From positions 2,112,001 to 2,176,000 of the forward strand of contig CAWAIF010000003.1 in NCBI GenBank assembly GCA_963782055.1: a stretch of 64,000 bases of DNA. Reading direction: 5' to 3'. Position 1 is the first letter of the stretch, and each line of letters opens with the position of its first letter. The translations under genes and the position numbers were made by a program. Shown here piece by piece: positions 21,564 through 33,329 of this stretch. The DNA is from an uncultured delta proteobacterium (GTDB taxonomy: Bacteria; Myxococcota_A; Polyangia; Polyangiales; Polyangiaceae). Under the pieces are notes generated by a model. That model searched no databases. It had not been told where the DNA came from and saw only the letters and a list, made by a program, of their open reading frames with translations.

Positions 21564-22528
21564 GGCGCGCGGCCGTCGCCGTGCTCGCCGGCGGGTCGCT
21601 CGCCCTCGCGTCGTTCGCGGCGTGCGACGACGGCGCGGTCCACACCCTCGGCCTGAGCGAGCCGCTGCGCGTGCACGACGCGCAGTTCATCCCAGGCCCG
21701 CTGCCCGGAGCGGCGCCCGACGCCGGGGCGGGGACGGGGCCGCAGATCACCAACGTCACCCTCACCAACCCCACGGTGCTGCCCGGCCAGGCGGGCAAGG
21801 CGATCAACGGGCGCGCGAAGGACTCCGCCAGCGCCGTGGGCCTGCGCTTCGCCGACATGGGGTCCGGCTACTGGGTCGTGCCGATGGGACCGGCGGACAA
21901 CCAGTTCCCCGGCGAGCTCACCTGGCAGGCCATCACCGACGTCAGCCCCCTCGTCGCGAGCGCCCCCGGCTTCCACGAGGTGCGCGCCGTCGCCTTCGAC
22001 GCGCAGGGCAACGCCGGGACCCAGAACGACTTCACGCTTTGCATCGAGCCGGCCATCCCGGACAACGGCGCCACCTGCAATCCGAGCAGGACCCCGCCGG
22101 CCGCGCTCGTCTCCCTCACGTGGGACCCGGGCGTGGACATCGACCTGGTGCTCGTCGGCCCGGGCGGCAAGGTCGTCGACGCCAAGCACCCCACCACGCT
22201 TGGCCCCGACGCCGGGCTGGCCGACGGCGGGCCGGACCCGACCGGCGGCCGGCTCGATCGCGACTCGCTCGCTGGGTGCGTCGAGGACGGCCGCCGGCGC
22301 GAGGACGTCGTCTGGCAGCAGCCCCCCGCCAGCGGCACCACCTACGACGTCTACGCCAACCTCTTCGACGCGTGCGGCGAGGTGAGCGCCTCCTACGTCG
22401 CCACCGTCTACGCCGCGCAGGACGGCCGGCTCACGGCCGTGCAGAGCGCGAAGGGCGGCTTCACCCGGTACGACGCCAACGGCGGCGCGGCCCTCGGCAC
22501 GTACCTGTTCTCGTACTCCTTTCCCTGA
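21560..22528 (+). CDS. Lipoprotein with a YfaP/DUF2135-like C-terminal domain
   Basis: GTGA overlap; lipobox FAAC; VSLTWDPGVDIDLVL, GRLDRDS, EDVVW, YDVYAN. Confidence 0.68.
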   Translation: MRRAAVAVLAGGSLALASFAACDDGAVHTLGLSEPLRVHDAQFIPGPLPGAAPDAGAGTGPQITNVTLTNPTVLPGQAGKAINGRAKDSASAVGLRFADMGSGYWVVPMGPADNQFPGELTWQAITDVSPLVASAPGFHEVRAVAFDAQGNAGTQNDFTLCIEPAIPDNGATCNPSRTPPAALVSLTWDPGVDIDLVLVGPGGKVVDAKHPTTLGPDAGLADGGPDPTGGRLDRDSLAGCVEDGRRREDVVWQQPPASGTTYDVYANLFDACGEVSASYVATVYAAQDGRLTAVQSAKGGFTRYDANGGAALGTYLFSYSFP

Positions 22529-22551
22529 CTCCGCATCCCAAGGAGACTCTC

Positions 22552-23259
<708 letters not shown>

Positions 23260-23262
23260 CCG

Positions 23263-23676
23263 ATGGGCGCCGCACTCTCCTCCGGCAACGGCAAGCGCGC
23301 GGGCATCGTCGCCATCAACATCACGCCGATGGTGGACGTCATGCTCGTCCTCCTCGTCATCATGATGGTCTCGGCGACGTACATCGTCTCGCAGAGCCTG
23401 AAGGTCGAGCTCCCCAAGAGCGCCAGCACCGACGACAGCGTCGCCCGCCTGGCGGCGGTGAGCATCGACAAGGACGGCAAGTACTTCTTCAACGAGAAGC
23501 CCGTCACCGAGGCGCAGCTGGTCGCGAAGATGCGCGATGCCAAGGAGGCCGACAAGGACGTCAGCCTGGTGATCAGCGGCGACGCGCACACCTTCCACGG
23601 CAACGTGGTGCACGTCATCGACCTCGCCAAGCAGCAGGGCATCGTCAAGTTCGCCATCAACGTCGAGCGCGAGTAG
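23263..23676 (+). CDS. exbD: ExbD/TolR
   Basis: INITPMVDVMLVLLVIMMV, VELP. Confidence 0.9.
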   Translation: MGAALSSGNGKRAGIVAINITPMVDVMLVLLVIMMVSATYIVSQSLKVELPKSASTDDSVARLAAVSIDKDGKYFFNEKPVTEAQLVAKMRDAKEADKDVSLVISGDAHTFHGNVVHVIDLAKQQGIVKFAINVERE

Positions 23677-23680
23677 GCGG

Positions 23681-24415
23681 ATGCGCAGCAAGCTCCAGCT
23701 GGCCATCGTGAGCGGAAGCCTCACCCTCCACTTCATCGGGTGGGCGTGGGTCGGCCTGCTCGGCAAGGAGCACCACTACGACACCGTCGCCATCGAGCTG
23801 GCGGAGGCGAAGAAGAAGAAGCCGGAGAAGAAGCCGCCGCCGCCCCCGCCGGTGGAGGTGAAGCCGGAGAAGAAGAAGGCCAAGATGCTGCCGAAGCCGG
23901 TGGTGAAGCAGGCCGCGCCGCCGCCCCCGCCGGAGGCGCCGCCACCGCCGAGTCACCCCGGCAAGGGCGGCGACGACATGTCCGGCTTCCAGGACCTCGG
24001 CCTGAGCCTGAGCGGCGGCACCGGCAGCGACGGCATCGCGGTGCCTGCGGGCGGCGGCGGGGCAGGGGGCGCGCCGGCGCCGAAGCCCGCCCCGACGCAC
24101 AGGAAGGTGGAGCGCCTCGCGGCGCCGGCCGACGACTGCACCGAGGATCTCGTCAAGCCGAAGCTGCTCCACCCGGTGCAGCCCGCGTACACGCAACAGG
24201 CTCGCCAGGCCAACGCCGAGGGCTTCGTGCAGCTCGAGCTCACCATCGACGCCAGCGGCCGCGTGGTGGCGGTGAAGGTCCTCAGGAGCCTCGGCTTCGG
24301 GCTGGACGAGGCGGCCATCTCCGCGGCGAAGCAGTGGACGTTCGCGCCCGCGACGCGCTGCGGGAAGGCCGTGCCCACCACCGTCAAGCCCAGGGTGCGC
24401 TTCACGCTGTCATGA
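23681..24415 (+). CDS. tonB: TonB energy transducer
   Basis: N-terminal TM with SLTLH, Pro/Lys-rich linker, C-terminal domain PAY..QAR..EG.V...ID..G.V, LDEAA...W.FAPA. Confidence 0.87.
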   Translation: MRSKLQLAIVSGSLTLHFIGWAWVGLLGKEHHYDTVAIELAEAKKKKPEKKPPPPPPVEVKPEKKKAKMLPKPVVKQAAPPPPPEAPPPPSHPGKGGDDMSGFQDLGLSLSGGTGSDGIAVPAGGGGAGGAPAPKPAPTHRKVERLAAPADDCTEDLVKPKLLHPVQPAYTQQARQANAEGFVQLELTIDASGRVVAVKVLRSLGFGLDEAAISAAKQWTFAPATRCGKAVPTTVKPRVRFTLS

Positions 24416-27072
24416 GGCTCGCGCGAAGGGCATCGGTGTGGTTCGCGTGCGTCGCGCTCGCCGGCGCGGGCGCCACCGCGCGCGCGCAGGACCTCTCCGG
24501 CGAGACGCACGTCGGCCCGGAGAAGCGGGTGATCGTCCCGCCGAAGCTCCAGAGGTTCGTCGAGGCCGCCTACCCGCAGGACAGGAAGGCGGCGGGCGTC
24601 CAGGCGACGGTCACCCTGCAGATCGGCATCGACGAGACGGGCGCGGTCGCCGCGGTGAAGGTGCTGGGGTCCGCGGGGCCGGACTTCGACGCGGCGGCGG
24701 TCGCGGCGGCGAAGCAGTTCGTCTTCGCCCCGGCCACGGTGAACGGCAAGGCGGTGCCGGTGAAGATCACCTACCGCTACCAGTTCGTCATCCGGCAGGA
24801 GGTCAAGAAGCCGACCACCGCCGAGATGACCGGACAGGTCGTCGACCGCGGGACCAGCAAGCCCGTGGCGGGCGTCACCGTCGCGCTGGACACTGGCCAG
24901 AACGCGGTGACCGGCGCCGACGGCAAGTTCGTCATCCACGGCGTCGCGCCGGGCAAGCACGGCGTGACCCTCACCGGCGAGAAGCTCACGCCCATCGGCA
25001 CCGAGGAGAGTTTCGAGGCGGGCAAGCAGCTCGACGCCACCTACGACGTGGAGCTGAAGACGGAGAAGGCCCCCGACGACGACAGCGACTTCGAGATCGT
25101 GGTGACCGCCCCGCGGCTGGGCAAGCAGGTGATCTCCACCGAGATCACCGCCAAGGAGGCCACCAAGATCCCCGGCACGCAGGGCGACGTGCTCAAGGTG
25201 GTGGAGAGCATGCCCGGCGTCGCGCGCGCGGCCGTCGGCTCGGGCGCCATCGTGGTGTGGGGCTCCGCCCCGGAGGACACCGGCGTCTACGTCCAGGGCG
25301 TGCGCGTCCCGCGCCTCTATCACGACGGCGGCTACCGCTCGGTGGTCCACGGCGATCTGGTCAAGTCGGTGGAGCTCGTCCCCGGCGGCTACGGCGCGCA
25401 GTACGGCCGCGGCCTTGGAGGCCTCATCACCGTCGCCCTGCGCCCCATGGACGACGACAAGGTGCACGGGTCGGTCAGCGCCGACGTCATCGACGCCGCC
25501 GCCTCGGTGCGCGGGCCCATCGGCGACAAGCTCCACTTCACCCTGGCCGGCCGCAAGGGCTATCTCAAGGAGGTGGTGGAGGGCGTCGGCTCGGCGAGCG
25601 TCGCCGACGTCGTGCCGCTGCCGCAGTTCTGGGACGCGCAAGCGCGCCTGCAGTACGACCTCAGCCCGAAGGAGTCGCTGGAGCTGGGCGGCCTGCTCTC
25701 CTCCGACCAGACCGACTACAACCTGGTCGATCCCGACCCGGCCCAGACCAAGCGCGAGTCGCGTGGGCTGACCTTCGGGCGCGTGTGGGTCCGCTACTCC
25801 AAGGTCACCGAGCACAACGACGCCATCTCGGTGCTCCCGTACTACGGGCGCAACGTCTCCTCGCTCGCCGACAGGTTCGGCGCCACGCCCACCACCCTGG
25901 ACGCCACCGGCGACGTGTTCGGCCTGCGCGCGAGCTACCGCACCCAGCCGGCGAAGTGGCTCACCGTGACGGTCGGCCTGGACTCGGAGGTGACCGCCAG
26001 CACCGTGCGACGGCAGGGCTCGGTCACCTCGCCGGCGCGCGAGGGTGACGTGCACGTCTTCGGTCAGCCGCCGGCCGATCAGGTCAACGTGGACGACTGG
26101 AACACCGTCGTCGGCGGCTTCGCGCCCTTCGTCGAGGCGGACGTGGCGCCGCTGGGCGATCGCCTCCACGTCATCGGGGGCATGCGCCTGGAGCCGTACC
26201 TCGTCTCGGTCTCCAGGTCGCGGCCCATCCGCGGCGACGAGCCCCCGGTCGGCCTCTTCTCGGAGGACACCGCCGTCGAGCCGCGCATCGCCGTCCGCTA
26301 CCAGGTCTCGCCCCGCTTCACCGCGAAGGCCGCCTTCGGCATCTACCACCAGCCCCCCGCGCCCGGCGACCTGTCGGCGGTCTTCGGCAACCCGACCCTC
26401 GGCCTCTCCCTCGGCCGCCACACCCTCGCCGGCGGCGCCTTTCACCTGACCAGGACGCTCTCGCTGGAGGTGACGGGTTTCTACAACGTGATGGAGAGCC
26501 TGGTGGCGCGCAGCAGCTCCCCCGCGCCGGAGCTCGCCAGGGCGCTGGTGCAGGACGGCTCCGGTCGCGCCTACGGCGTCCAGTTCATGCTCCGGCAGGA
26601 GCGCATCGGTCCCTTCTTCGGGTGGCTCAGCTACAGCATCTCGCGCAGCGAGCGGCAGGACGCGCCCGGCCAGCGGTACCGCCTCTTCGACTACGACCAG
26701 ACGCACACCCTCACCGCCGTCGGATCGCTCGACCTGGGCAAGGGGTTCGAGGTCGGCCTGCGCTTCCGCGTCTCCACCGGCTTCCCTCGGACGCCCGTCG
26801 TCGGCTCGTACTACGACGCGCGCACCGACAGCTACCAGCCGCTCTTCGGGGCGAAGAACACCGAGCGCATCCCGGCGTTCGTGCAGCTCGACGCGCGCGT
26901 GGCCAAGACCTTCAAGATCGGCAAGACGGAGGCGGAGGTGTACCTGGACGTGCAGAACGTGACCGACACGTCGAACGCCGAGGAGATCGTCTACGGCTAC
27001 GACTACCGCCAGAGGGCGTACATCACCGGCCTGCCCATCCTGCCGGTCCTGGGGGCGAAATGGTCTTATTGA
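24412..27072 (+). CDS. TonB-dependent receptor with an N-terminal TonB C-terminal-like domain and a carboxypeptidase-regulatory-like domain
   Basis: ATGA overlap; YP...QIGIDETG.V...FDAAA...F.FAPA; plug IPGTQGDVLKVVESMPGV, GGYGAQYGRGLGG; barrel end YLDVQNV...GLPILPVLGAKWSY. Confidence 0.9.
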   Translation: MRLARRASVWFACVALAGAGATARAQDLSGETHVGPEKRVIVPPKLQRFVEAAYPQDRKAAGVQATVTLQIGIDETGAVAAVKVLGSAGPDFDAAAVAAAKQFVFAPATVNGKAVPVKITYRYQFVIRQEVKKPTTAEMTGQVVDRGTSKPVAGVTVALDTGQNAVTGADGKFVIHGVAPGKHGVTLTGEKLTPIGTEESFEAGKQLDATYDVELKTEKAPDDDSDFEIVVTAPRLGKQVISTEITAKEATKIPGTQGDVLKVVESMPGVARAAVGSGAIVVWGSAPEDTGVYVQGVRVPRLYHDGGYRSVVHGDLVKSVELVPGGYGAQYGRGLGGLITVALRPMDDDKVHGSVSADVIDAAASVRGPIGDKLHFTLAGRKGYLKEVVEGVGSASVADVVPLPQFWDAQARLQYDLSPKESLELGGLLSSDQTDYNLVDPDPAQTKRESRGLTFGRVWVRYSKVTEHNDAISVLPYYGRNVSSLADRFGATPTTLDATGDVFGLRASYRTQPAKWLTVTVGLDSEVTASTVRRQGSVTSPAREGDVHVFGQPPADQVNVDDWNTVVGGFAPFVEADVAPLGDRLHVIGGMRLEPYLVSVSRSRPIRGDEPPVGLFSEDTAVEPRIAVRYQVSPRFTAKAAFGIYHQPPAPGDLSAVFGNPTLGLSLGRHTLAGGAFHLTRTLSLEVTGFYNVMESLVARSSSPAPELARALVQDGSGRAYGVQFMLRQERIGPFFGWLSYSISRSERQDAPGQRYRLFDYDQTHTLTAVGSLDLGKGFEVGLRFRVSTGFPRTPVVGSYYDARTDSYQPLFGAKNTERIPAFVQLDARVAKTFKIGKTEAEVYLDVQNVTDTSNAEEIVYGYDYRQRAYITGLPILPVLGAKWSY

Positions 27073-28118
27073 GGTCCCGGGCGGTGAGATCAATCGCTGT
27101 CCTGCTCGCCCTGCTCGCCGGGGGGTGCAAGCCGGACCTGAGCGGGCGCTCCTCGCAGATCACCGGCACGCGCGTGCTCGCGGTGCAGTCCACGCCGGCG
27201 GAGGTGGAGACGCAGGACGCGGTCACCTACGACGCGCTTGTGGTGGACCCCTCCGGAGAGGTCGCGGCGCCGGGGCTCGACTGGGCGTACTGCGCGCTTC
27301 GCAAGCCGCTCGACGAGCTGGACTCGGTCAACCCGGCGTGTTTGCAGGCGTCGGGCGACGGCATCGTGGAGCTGGGCGCCGGCGCCACCGCGTCCGGGAC
27401 AATCCCGCGCGACGCGTGCCGCAACTTCGGGCCGGACGTGCCCTCGGCGAGCCCGGGGCAGCCGCAGGGGAGGCCCGTCGATCCGGACCCGACCGGCGGC
27501 TACTACCAGCCGCTGCGCGTGCTGCTCTCGGCGGGCGACGGCGTGGCCCCCGTCATCGGCACCACGCGCGTCGCGTGCGGCCTCGCCAGCGCCTCGGCGT
27601 CGGACTCCGCCGTCTTCCGGGCGCGCTACCACCCCAACCAGAACCCGTCGGTCCTCTCCGTCACCTCCGCCGCGAGCGGCGGCGCGCCGCTGGGCGAGGA
27701 CGACGCGGACGCGACCCCGGTCACCGCCGGCGCGGCGATCACCCTCACCGTGAGCTGGCCCGACTGCCCGGCGAGCGACGCGTGCGGTGACGGCGTCTGC
27801 GGGGCGGACGAGTCGAAGGCGACGTGCTCCGCCGATTGCACGACGCCGGTGGGCTGCGGCGGCGCCGAGCGCTACGTCTACTACGACCTGGAGCAGCGAG
27901 CGGTGACCGTCGTGCGCGAGTCGATGCGCGTCTCCTGGTTCACCACCGGCGGCGCCTTCGCCTCCGACCGCACCGGCCGTGAGGGATCCGACACCGCCAC
28001 CACCACCTCCGACGTGCTCACCCTCCCCCCCGACCCCGGCCTGGTCCACGGCTGGGTCGTGCTGCGCGACGACCGCGGCGGCGTCGGCTGGAAGCCCTTC
28101 GTCCTGGACGTCAAGTGA
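27069..28118 (+). CDS. Receptor-associated lipoprotein
   Basis: TTGA overlap; lipobox LAGGC; RVLAVQSTPAE, NQNP, SWFTTGG, VLRDDRGGVGW; CGDGVC repeat. Confidence 0.78.
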   Translation: MRSRAVRSIAVLLALLAGGCKPDLSGRSSQITGTRVLAVQSTPAEVETQDAVTYDALVVDPSGEVAAPGLDWAYCALRKPLDELDSVNPACLQASGDGIVELGAGATASGTIPRDACRNFGPDVPSASPGQPQGRPVDPDPTGGYYQPLRVLLSAGDGVAPVIGTTRVACGLASASASDSAVFRARYHPNQNPSVLSVTSAASGGAPLGEDDADATPVTAGAAITLTVSWPDCPASDACGDGVCGADESKATCSADCTTPVGCGGAERYVYYDLEQRAVTVVRESMRVSWFTTGGAFASDRTGREGSDTATTTSDVLTLPPDPGLVHGWVVLRDDRGGVGWKPFVLDVK

Positions 28119-28128
28119 CGCCTCTTCT

Positions 28129-28168
28129 CCCCCTCTCCACGAAGTGGAGAGGGGGTTGGGGGGTGAGG
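28129..28168. repeat. REP-like palindrome / bidirectional terminator
   Basis: CCCCCTCTCCAC-GAA-GTGGAGAGGGGG perfect 12-bp stem plus TTGGGGGGTGAGG tail, between convergent genes. Confidence 0.65.
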
Positions 28169-28169
28169 C

Positions 28170-28778
28170 CTACAAACTCACCTTCGGCGCGGCCTGCGCC
28201 TCCTGCGACGCGCTGAAGTACTCCCGCTTCTTGAACGGCTTGCCCGTCGCCTTGTTGACGACCTGGCCCCGCACCTTGCCGAGCTCGGCGTTGTAGTCCT
28301 TCACAGCGCCGTTGTACTCGTCGCGCGCCCGGGCGATGCGGTTCTCCGTCCCCTCCAGCTCCACGCGCAGATCGTGGAAGCTCTGGCTGGCCTTGAGGTC
28401 GGGGTAGTTCTCGTTGGCGACCAGCAGGCGCGTCAGCGCGGAGGAGAGCTCCCCCTGCGCCTTGGAGAAGGCCTCCATCTTCTTCGGGTCAGTCAGGTCG
28501 TCGGAGGTGATCTTCATCTGCGTGGCGCTGGCGCGCGCCTCGGTCACCTTGGTGAGGGTGTCCTGCTCGTACTTGGCGGACGCCTTCACGGTGGTCACCA
28601 GGTTGGGGATGAGATCGTAGCGGCGCTGGAGCTGCGTCTGCACGTTGGCCCACTTCTCGTCGCAGTTGGCGTCGAGCTGGACGAGGCGGTCGTAGTTCTG
28701 GCAGCCGGCGACGAGCGAGAGCAGCGCGGCGAGCGCGACGGTGAAGAGCAGCGGGACCGAGAGGCGTGAGCGCTTCAT
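28170..28778 (-). CDS. lemA: LemA family protein
   Basis: QLQRRYDLIPNLV, ENYPDLKAS, LEGTENRIA.AR..YN. Confidence 0.93.
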   Translation of the reverse strand: MKRSRLSVPLLFTVALAALLSLVAGCQNYDRLVQLDANCDEKWANVQTQLQRRYDLIPNLVTTVKASAKYEQDTLTKVTEARASATQMKITSDDLTDPKKMEAFSKAQGELSSALTRLLVANENYPDLKASQSFHDLRVELEGTENRIARARDEYNGAVKDYNAELGKVRGQVVNKATGKPFKKREYFSASQEAQAAPKVSL

Positions 28779-28868
28779 CGCGGCTCAACGTAAGCGCACC
28801 CGGGGCCTCGCGCAATCGGGCCACTCCCGGGCGCGGACGCTTCGTCGGCCGCGTCGTGGGGACGGCCA

Positions 28869-28897
28869 GCCCCTCTCTCCTCGGCGGAGAGAGGGGC
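28869..28897. terminator. Stem-loop after the cytochrome c gene
   Basis: GCCCCTCTCTCC-TCGGC-GGAGAGAGGGGC, 12-bp stem. Confidence 0.55.
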
Positions 28898-28904
28898 GGC
28901 GCGC

Positions 28905-29459
28905 CTACTTCTTCATGGTGTGGCAGCCGTGGCAGCCGAAGCCCTCGTGCGTCTTGGGGTCGAACGGCTTCTCCCCGAGCATCTGTGCCATCTGCGGCAC
29001 CACCGTCTCCGACATGAACTTCATGGCCTTCGGCTTCTTGGCCTCCAGCTTCTTGAAGCCGTCGGGGGTGGAGGGCAAAACGGGGAGCTTGGGGTTGGGC
29101 ATCTTGAAGGAGCCGTCCTTCACGCCCGCGCCGTGGCACGTCTTGCAGTCGATGTCGCCGAACTCCTTCGCGTTCCAGGACGCGAACTCGGTCTTCATCT
29201 TCGGCAGCACGGTGCTCTTCATGAACTCTCGGCGCTGGTCCTTGCTCATGTCCTTGAAGGCCATGGGCGCCGCCGACGCGGAGGCGCTGGGCGCGGCCGA
29301 CGCGGTGGGGGCGGCGGAAGCGCTCGGCGCCTCCGTCGCGCTGGGCGCCGCCGACGCGCTGGGCGCAGGAGGCGTCTCCACCGGTGTCTGTCCTCCGCCA
29401 CACGCGGCCGCAAGGGCGCCGCCAACCAGCCCGACTACAACGATGAACGAACCTTTCAT
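28905..29459 (-). CDS. Diheme c-type cytochrome lipoprotein
   Basis: Lipobox LAAAC, PSASAA linker, CKTCH and CHGCH haem motifs, several Met candidates for axial ligands. Confidence 0.85.
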   Translation of the reverse strand: MKGSFIVVVGLVGGALAAACGGGQTPVETPPAPSASAAPSATEAPSASAAPTASAAPSASASAAPMAFKDMSKDQRREFMKSTVLPKMKTEFASWNAKEFGDIDCKTCHGAGVKDGSFKMPNPKLPVLPSTPDGFKKLEAKKPKAMKFMSETVVPQMAQMLGEKPFDPKTHEGFGCHGCHTMKK

Positions 29460-29575
29460 GGTCTCTCCTTGGATGCCCCCCTGGCGGGCCCCCGCGTTGC
29501 CTGGGGCGTTGTGCGGGTCCCGTTCGTCGCCTGGCCGACGGGCCGGGCTCGAATCTTCGAAGCGGTCTCGGCGTG

Positions 29576-31552
29576 TCACTCCTCGTTGGCGCGCAGCTTG
29601 GCCAGCACGCTGAAATCCTCCAGCGTGGAGGTGTCGCCCGTCGTCTCGACGGCGCCGGAGGCGATCTCCTTGAGGAGGCGCCGCATGATCTTGCCGCTGC
29701 GCGTCTTGGGGAGGGCGTCGGTGAAGCGGATCTGGTCCGGCCGCGCGAACTTCCCGATCTCCTTGTCGATGTGCACCGCGAGCTTGTCCTTGAGGTCCTT
29801 GACTGCCTGCTGCCCGCTCTTGAGCGTGACGAAGACCACGAGCGCCTGACCCTTCAGGTCGTCCGGCTTGCCGACGGCCGCCGCCTCCGCGACCGCGGGG
29901 TGGCTGACGAGGGCGCTCTCGATCTCGGCGGTGCCGATGCGGTGGCCGGCGACGTTCAGCACGTCGTCGATGCGGCCGACCACCCAGTAGTAGCCGTCGT
30001 GATCGCAGCGCGCACCGTCTCCGGTGAAGTACATGCCCGGGAGCTGCGACCAGTACGCCTCGCGGTAGCGCGCGTCGTCCCCGTAGAGGGTGCGCGCCAT
30101 CGACGGCCAGGGGCGCTTGATGGCGAGCTTGCCGCCGTCGTTGGGGCCGACGGGCGTGCCGTCGTCGTTCACGATGACCGGCTCGCACCCGAAGATGGGG
30201 AGGCCGGTGGAGCCGGGCTTGGAGTAGCAGGCGCCGGGGAGCGTCGTCATCATGATGGCGCCGGTCTCCGTCTGCCACCAGGTGTCGACGATGGGGCACC
30301 GGCCGCCGCCGATGGCAGTGTGGTACCAGACCCACGCCTCCGGGTTGATGGGCTCGCCCACGCTGCCGAGCAGGCGGAGGCTGGAGAGGTCGTGCTGCTT
30401 CGGCCACTCGTCGCCGGCGCGGATGAAGGCGCGGATGGCGGTCGGCGCGGTGTACAGGACGGTGACGCCGTGCCGCTCGATGATGTTCCAGAAGCGGCCC
30501 CAGTCGGGGAAGTTGGGGGCGCCCTCGTACATCAGGCAGGAGGCGCCGCAGGAGAGCGGCCCGTAGACGATGTAGCTGTGGCCGGTGACCCAGCCCACGT
30601 CGGCGGTGCACCAGTACAGGTCGGAGTCCTTCAGGTCGAAGACGTACTTGGTGGTGACGTGCGTCCCGGCGAGGTAGCCCGCCGTCGTGTGCAGCACGCC
30701 CTTCGGCTTCCCGGTGGAGCCGGAGGTGTAGAGGATGAAGAGCGGGTGCTCGGCGTCGAAGGCCTCCGGCTCCTGGGCGCGCTTGAGCGCGGCGCCGCTC
30801 GGCGGGCGGGCGAGGGCGTCGGCCCACCACACGTCGCGCCCCTCCTTCATGATGATGGGGGCGCGGTCCTCGCCGATGCGCTTGAGCACGACGACCTTCT
30901 CGATCGTCGGCGTCGCCTCGAGGGCCTTGTCCGCCATGTTCTTGAGCGGCACCACGTTGCCGCGTCGCCACGCCGCGTCCTGCGTCAGCAGCACCTTCGC
31001 CTTGCAGTCGTTGATGCGGTCGCGCAGGGCCTCCGACGAGAAGCCGCCGAAGACCACGGAGTGCGTCGCCCCGAGGCGCGCGCACGCGAGCATTGCCACC
31101 GCGGCCTCCGGGACCATGCCCATGTAGATGGCGACGCGGTCGCCCGGCGAGACGCCCAGGTCCGCCAGGGCCGCCGCCAGGCGCACCACCTCGCGGTGCA
31201 GCTCGAAGTAGGTCAGCGTGCGGACCTCCCCGGGCTCGCCCTCCCACACGATCGCCGCGCGCGTGCGCGTCGCGGTGCGAAGGTGCCGGTCCAGGCAGCT
31301 CTCGGTGATGTTCAGCTTGGCGCCGACGAAGAACTTCGCGCTGGGCAGGTTCCACTCGGAGAACTTGTCCATCGGCTTGCGCCACACCAGGTCCAGCGTC
31401 TCCTCGCGCCAGAACGCCTCCGGCTGGTCGAGCGACTTGCGGTACAGCGCCTCGTACTGCTCTTTGGAGCGCACGCGCGCGCCGGCGGAGAACGCCTCGC
31501 TGGGGGCGAACCTGCGGTCTTCCTTGAGGTGGGAGACGATGGCGTCGGACAT
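29576..31552 (-). CDS. acs: Acetyl-CoA synthetase
   Basis: [50 protein letters not shown]. Confidence 0.97.
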   Translation of the reverse strand: MSDAIVSHLKEDRRFAPSEAFSAGARVRSKEQYEALYRKSLDQPEAFWREETLDLVWRKPMDKFSEWNLPSAKFFVGAKLNITESCLDRHLRTATRTRAAIVWEGEPGEVRTLTYFELHREVVRLAAALADLGVSPGDRVAIYMGMVPEAAVAMLACARLGATHSVVFGGFSSEALRDRINDCKAKVLLTQDAAWRRGNVVPLKNMADKALEATPTIEKVVVLKRIGEDRAPIIMKEGRDVWWADALARPPSGAALKRAQEPEAFDAEHPLFILYTSGSTGKPKGVLHTTAGYLAGTHVTTKYVFDLKDSDLYWCTADVGWVTGHSYIVYGPLSCGASCLMYEGAPNFPDWGRFWNIIERHGVTVLYTAPTAIRAFIRAGDEWPKQHDLSSLRLLGSVGEPINPEAWVWYHTAIGGGRCPIVDTWWQTETGAIMMTTLPGACYSKPGSTGLPIFGCEPVIVNDDGTPVGPNDGGKLAIKRPWPSMARTLYGDDARYREAYWSQLPGMYFTGDGARCDHDGYYWVVGRIDDVLNVAGHRIGTAEIESALVSHPAVAEAAAVGKPDDLKGQALVVFVTLKSGQQAVKDLKDKLAVHIDKEIGKFARPDQIRFTDALPKTRSGKIMRRLLKEIASGAVETTGDTSTLEDFSVLAKLRANEE

Positions 31553-31702
31553 GGGTCTTTTCCCTTCGAAGGAGGAGCGGCGGCGCGGGGGACGAGCCTC
31601 CCCGCGCGGATGGGCCGCCGAGACTAGCAACGTTGAGCCCGGCGCGCGACCGGCTGTGGAGGGACCGGGCCAAGGGGCCCCCGGACGTTGTATGCTGCAC
31701 CC

Positions 31703-33301
31703 ATGGCTTGGCGTAGGTGGGTGCTGGGGGCGCTGGTGGTGGGGGCCGCGGGGTCCGGCTGCTCGGTGATCGTGGACGGCGCCGAGCACCAGTGCGACAT
31801 CGACGCCGACTGTCAGGCGCGCGGCCTGCCGGCCAACGCCACCTGCAGCCCCGATCACGTCTGCGTGGGGCCCGGTGGCGCGTGCACCACCAACGCCCAG
31901 TGCGGCGCGCAGAACGGTGGGCAGCCGGCCATCTGCCGCGCGTCCGACCACACCTGCGTCCCGCTCCTCTCGTCCGACTGCGAGCGGGTCATCGGCCCGT
32001 GGGACAACGACAGCGCGGTGGTCCTGGGGTCCATCCTCTCCCTCAAGGGCACCAACCAGAGCTCCGGCGTGGCCGAGATCAACAGCGTGGAGCTCGCCAT
32101 GGGCGACTTCACCAACTCGGTCGTCGGGCTCCCCGGCGGTACGGGCGACAAGCCGCGGCCGCTCGTCGTCGTCTCGTGCGACGACTCCTCCGACAACGAC
32201 ACCGCCGTCCGCTCGGCCAATCACCTGGTGGACGTCGGTGTGCCGGCGATCATCGGGCCGGACTCCAGCGGACTGGTCACCGCCGTCATCAACAGCGTCA
32301 CCATCCCGGCGAAGGTGCTGCTCATCAGCCCCGCGGCCACCAGCGCCACGCTGACGGGCGTCAGCCCGTACTTCTGGCGCACCTCGCCCTCCGACACCAT
32401 CCAGGCGGTGCCGATCCGCTTCTCGGTGAACGAGCTGGAGACCGCCTTCAAGGCGCAGCACAACGTCTCGCAGGTGAAGCTCGCCATCCTCTACAAGGAC
32501 GACGCCTACGGCAACGGCCTCTTCGGCAGCGTGACGCAGAACCTGACGCTCAACGGCAAGGCCGTGAGCAATCCGTCCAACGCGGGCGCCTTCCTGCCGC
32601 TGCAGTACAAGTCCGACGGCTCCAACCTCCCCGACGTCGTGGCGAGCGTCCTCCAGTTCGAGCCGAGCATCATCGCCGTCTTCGGGACCAACGAGGGGAT
32701 CACCGGGGTCGTCGACCCGGTGGAGCAGGCGTGGGGCGCGCTCTCCGGCAGCCCGCCGCTTCCCCTCTACATGCTCTCCGATGGCGGCGAGGTGACCGAG
32801 CTGACCGACGCGTGCGCCACCAGCACCGCCGGCTTGCGCACGCGCGTGCGCGGCACGGTGCCGGGCACCAACAACGCGCTGTTCCAGGCGTTCAGTCTCC
32901 GCTACCAGGGCAAGTTCGGCAGCCCCGCCTCGGTGTTCGGCATGGCCGGCTCCTACGACTCCCTCTACCTGCTCGCCTACGCCATCACCTCCCTCGGCAC
33001 CGCGCCGGTGGACGGCACCGGCGTCTCCCAGGGCATGGCCAAGATGGTCGGCGGCGGCCCCATCGACGTCGGCCCCAGCACCATCAAGACGGCCTTCCAG
33101 GCGCTGGGCAGCGGCAACGCCATCGACATCAACGGGGCGTCCGGCCCGCTGGACTTCGACCTCACCGCCCACGAGGCGCCGAGCGACATCGACGTCTGGT
33201 GCGTGGGGCTGGACGGCTCGAGCAACCCGGTCTTCGTCTCCTCCGGCCGCGCCTACGACTCGCAGACCGGCCAGATGACCGGCACCTTCAAGTGTCCGTG
33301 A
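31703..33301 (+). CDS. Leu/Ile/Val-type substrate-binding lipoprotein with N-terminal Cys repeats, copy 1
   Basis: GSGC lipobox; C..DADC and CTTNAQC repeats; [35 protein letters not shown]. Confidence 0.85.
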   Translation: MAWRRWVLGALVVGAAGSGCSVIVDGAEHQCDIDADCQARGLPANATCSPDHVCVGPGGACTTNAQCGAQNGGQPAICRASDHTCVPLLSSDCERVIGPWDNDSAVVLGSILSLKGTNQSSGVAEINSVELAMGDFTNSVVGLPGGTGDKPRPLVVVSCDDSSDNDTAVRSANHLVDVGVPAIIGPDSSGLVTAVINSVTIPAKVLLISPAATSATLTGVSPYFWRTSPSDTIQAVPIRFSVNELETAFKAQHNVSQVKLAILYKDDAYGNGLFGSVTQNLTLNGKAVSNPSNAGAFLPLQYKSDGSNLPDVVASVLQFEPSIIAVFGTNEGITGVVDPVEQAWGALSGSPPLPLYMLSDGGEVTELTDACATSTAGLRTRVRGTVPGTNNALFQAFSLRYQGKFGSPASVFGMAGSYDSLYLLAYAITSLGTAPVDGTGVSQGMAKMVGGGPIDVGPSTIKTAFQALGSGNAIDINGASGPLDFDLTAHEAPSDIDVWCVGLDGSSNPVFVSSGRAYDSQTGQMTGTFKCP

Positions 33302-33329
33302 CGCGCGCCCGGCGTGTTAGTCTGCCACC

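Noticed and set aside
23953..27093. Very long antisense and off-frame ORFs (also 53003..56128, 13845..15992, 1835..3646 and the extensions of 29576..33172 and 59095..63678)
   Set aside because: Shadow ORFs caused by high GC3; they overlap well-supported genes and carry no recognisable motifs.
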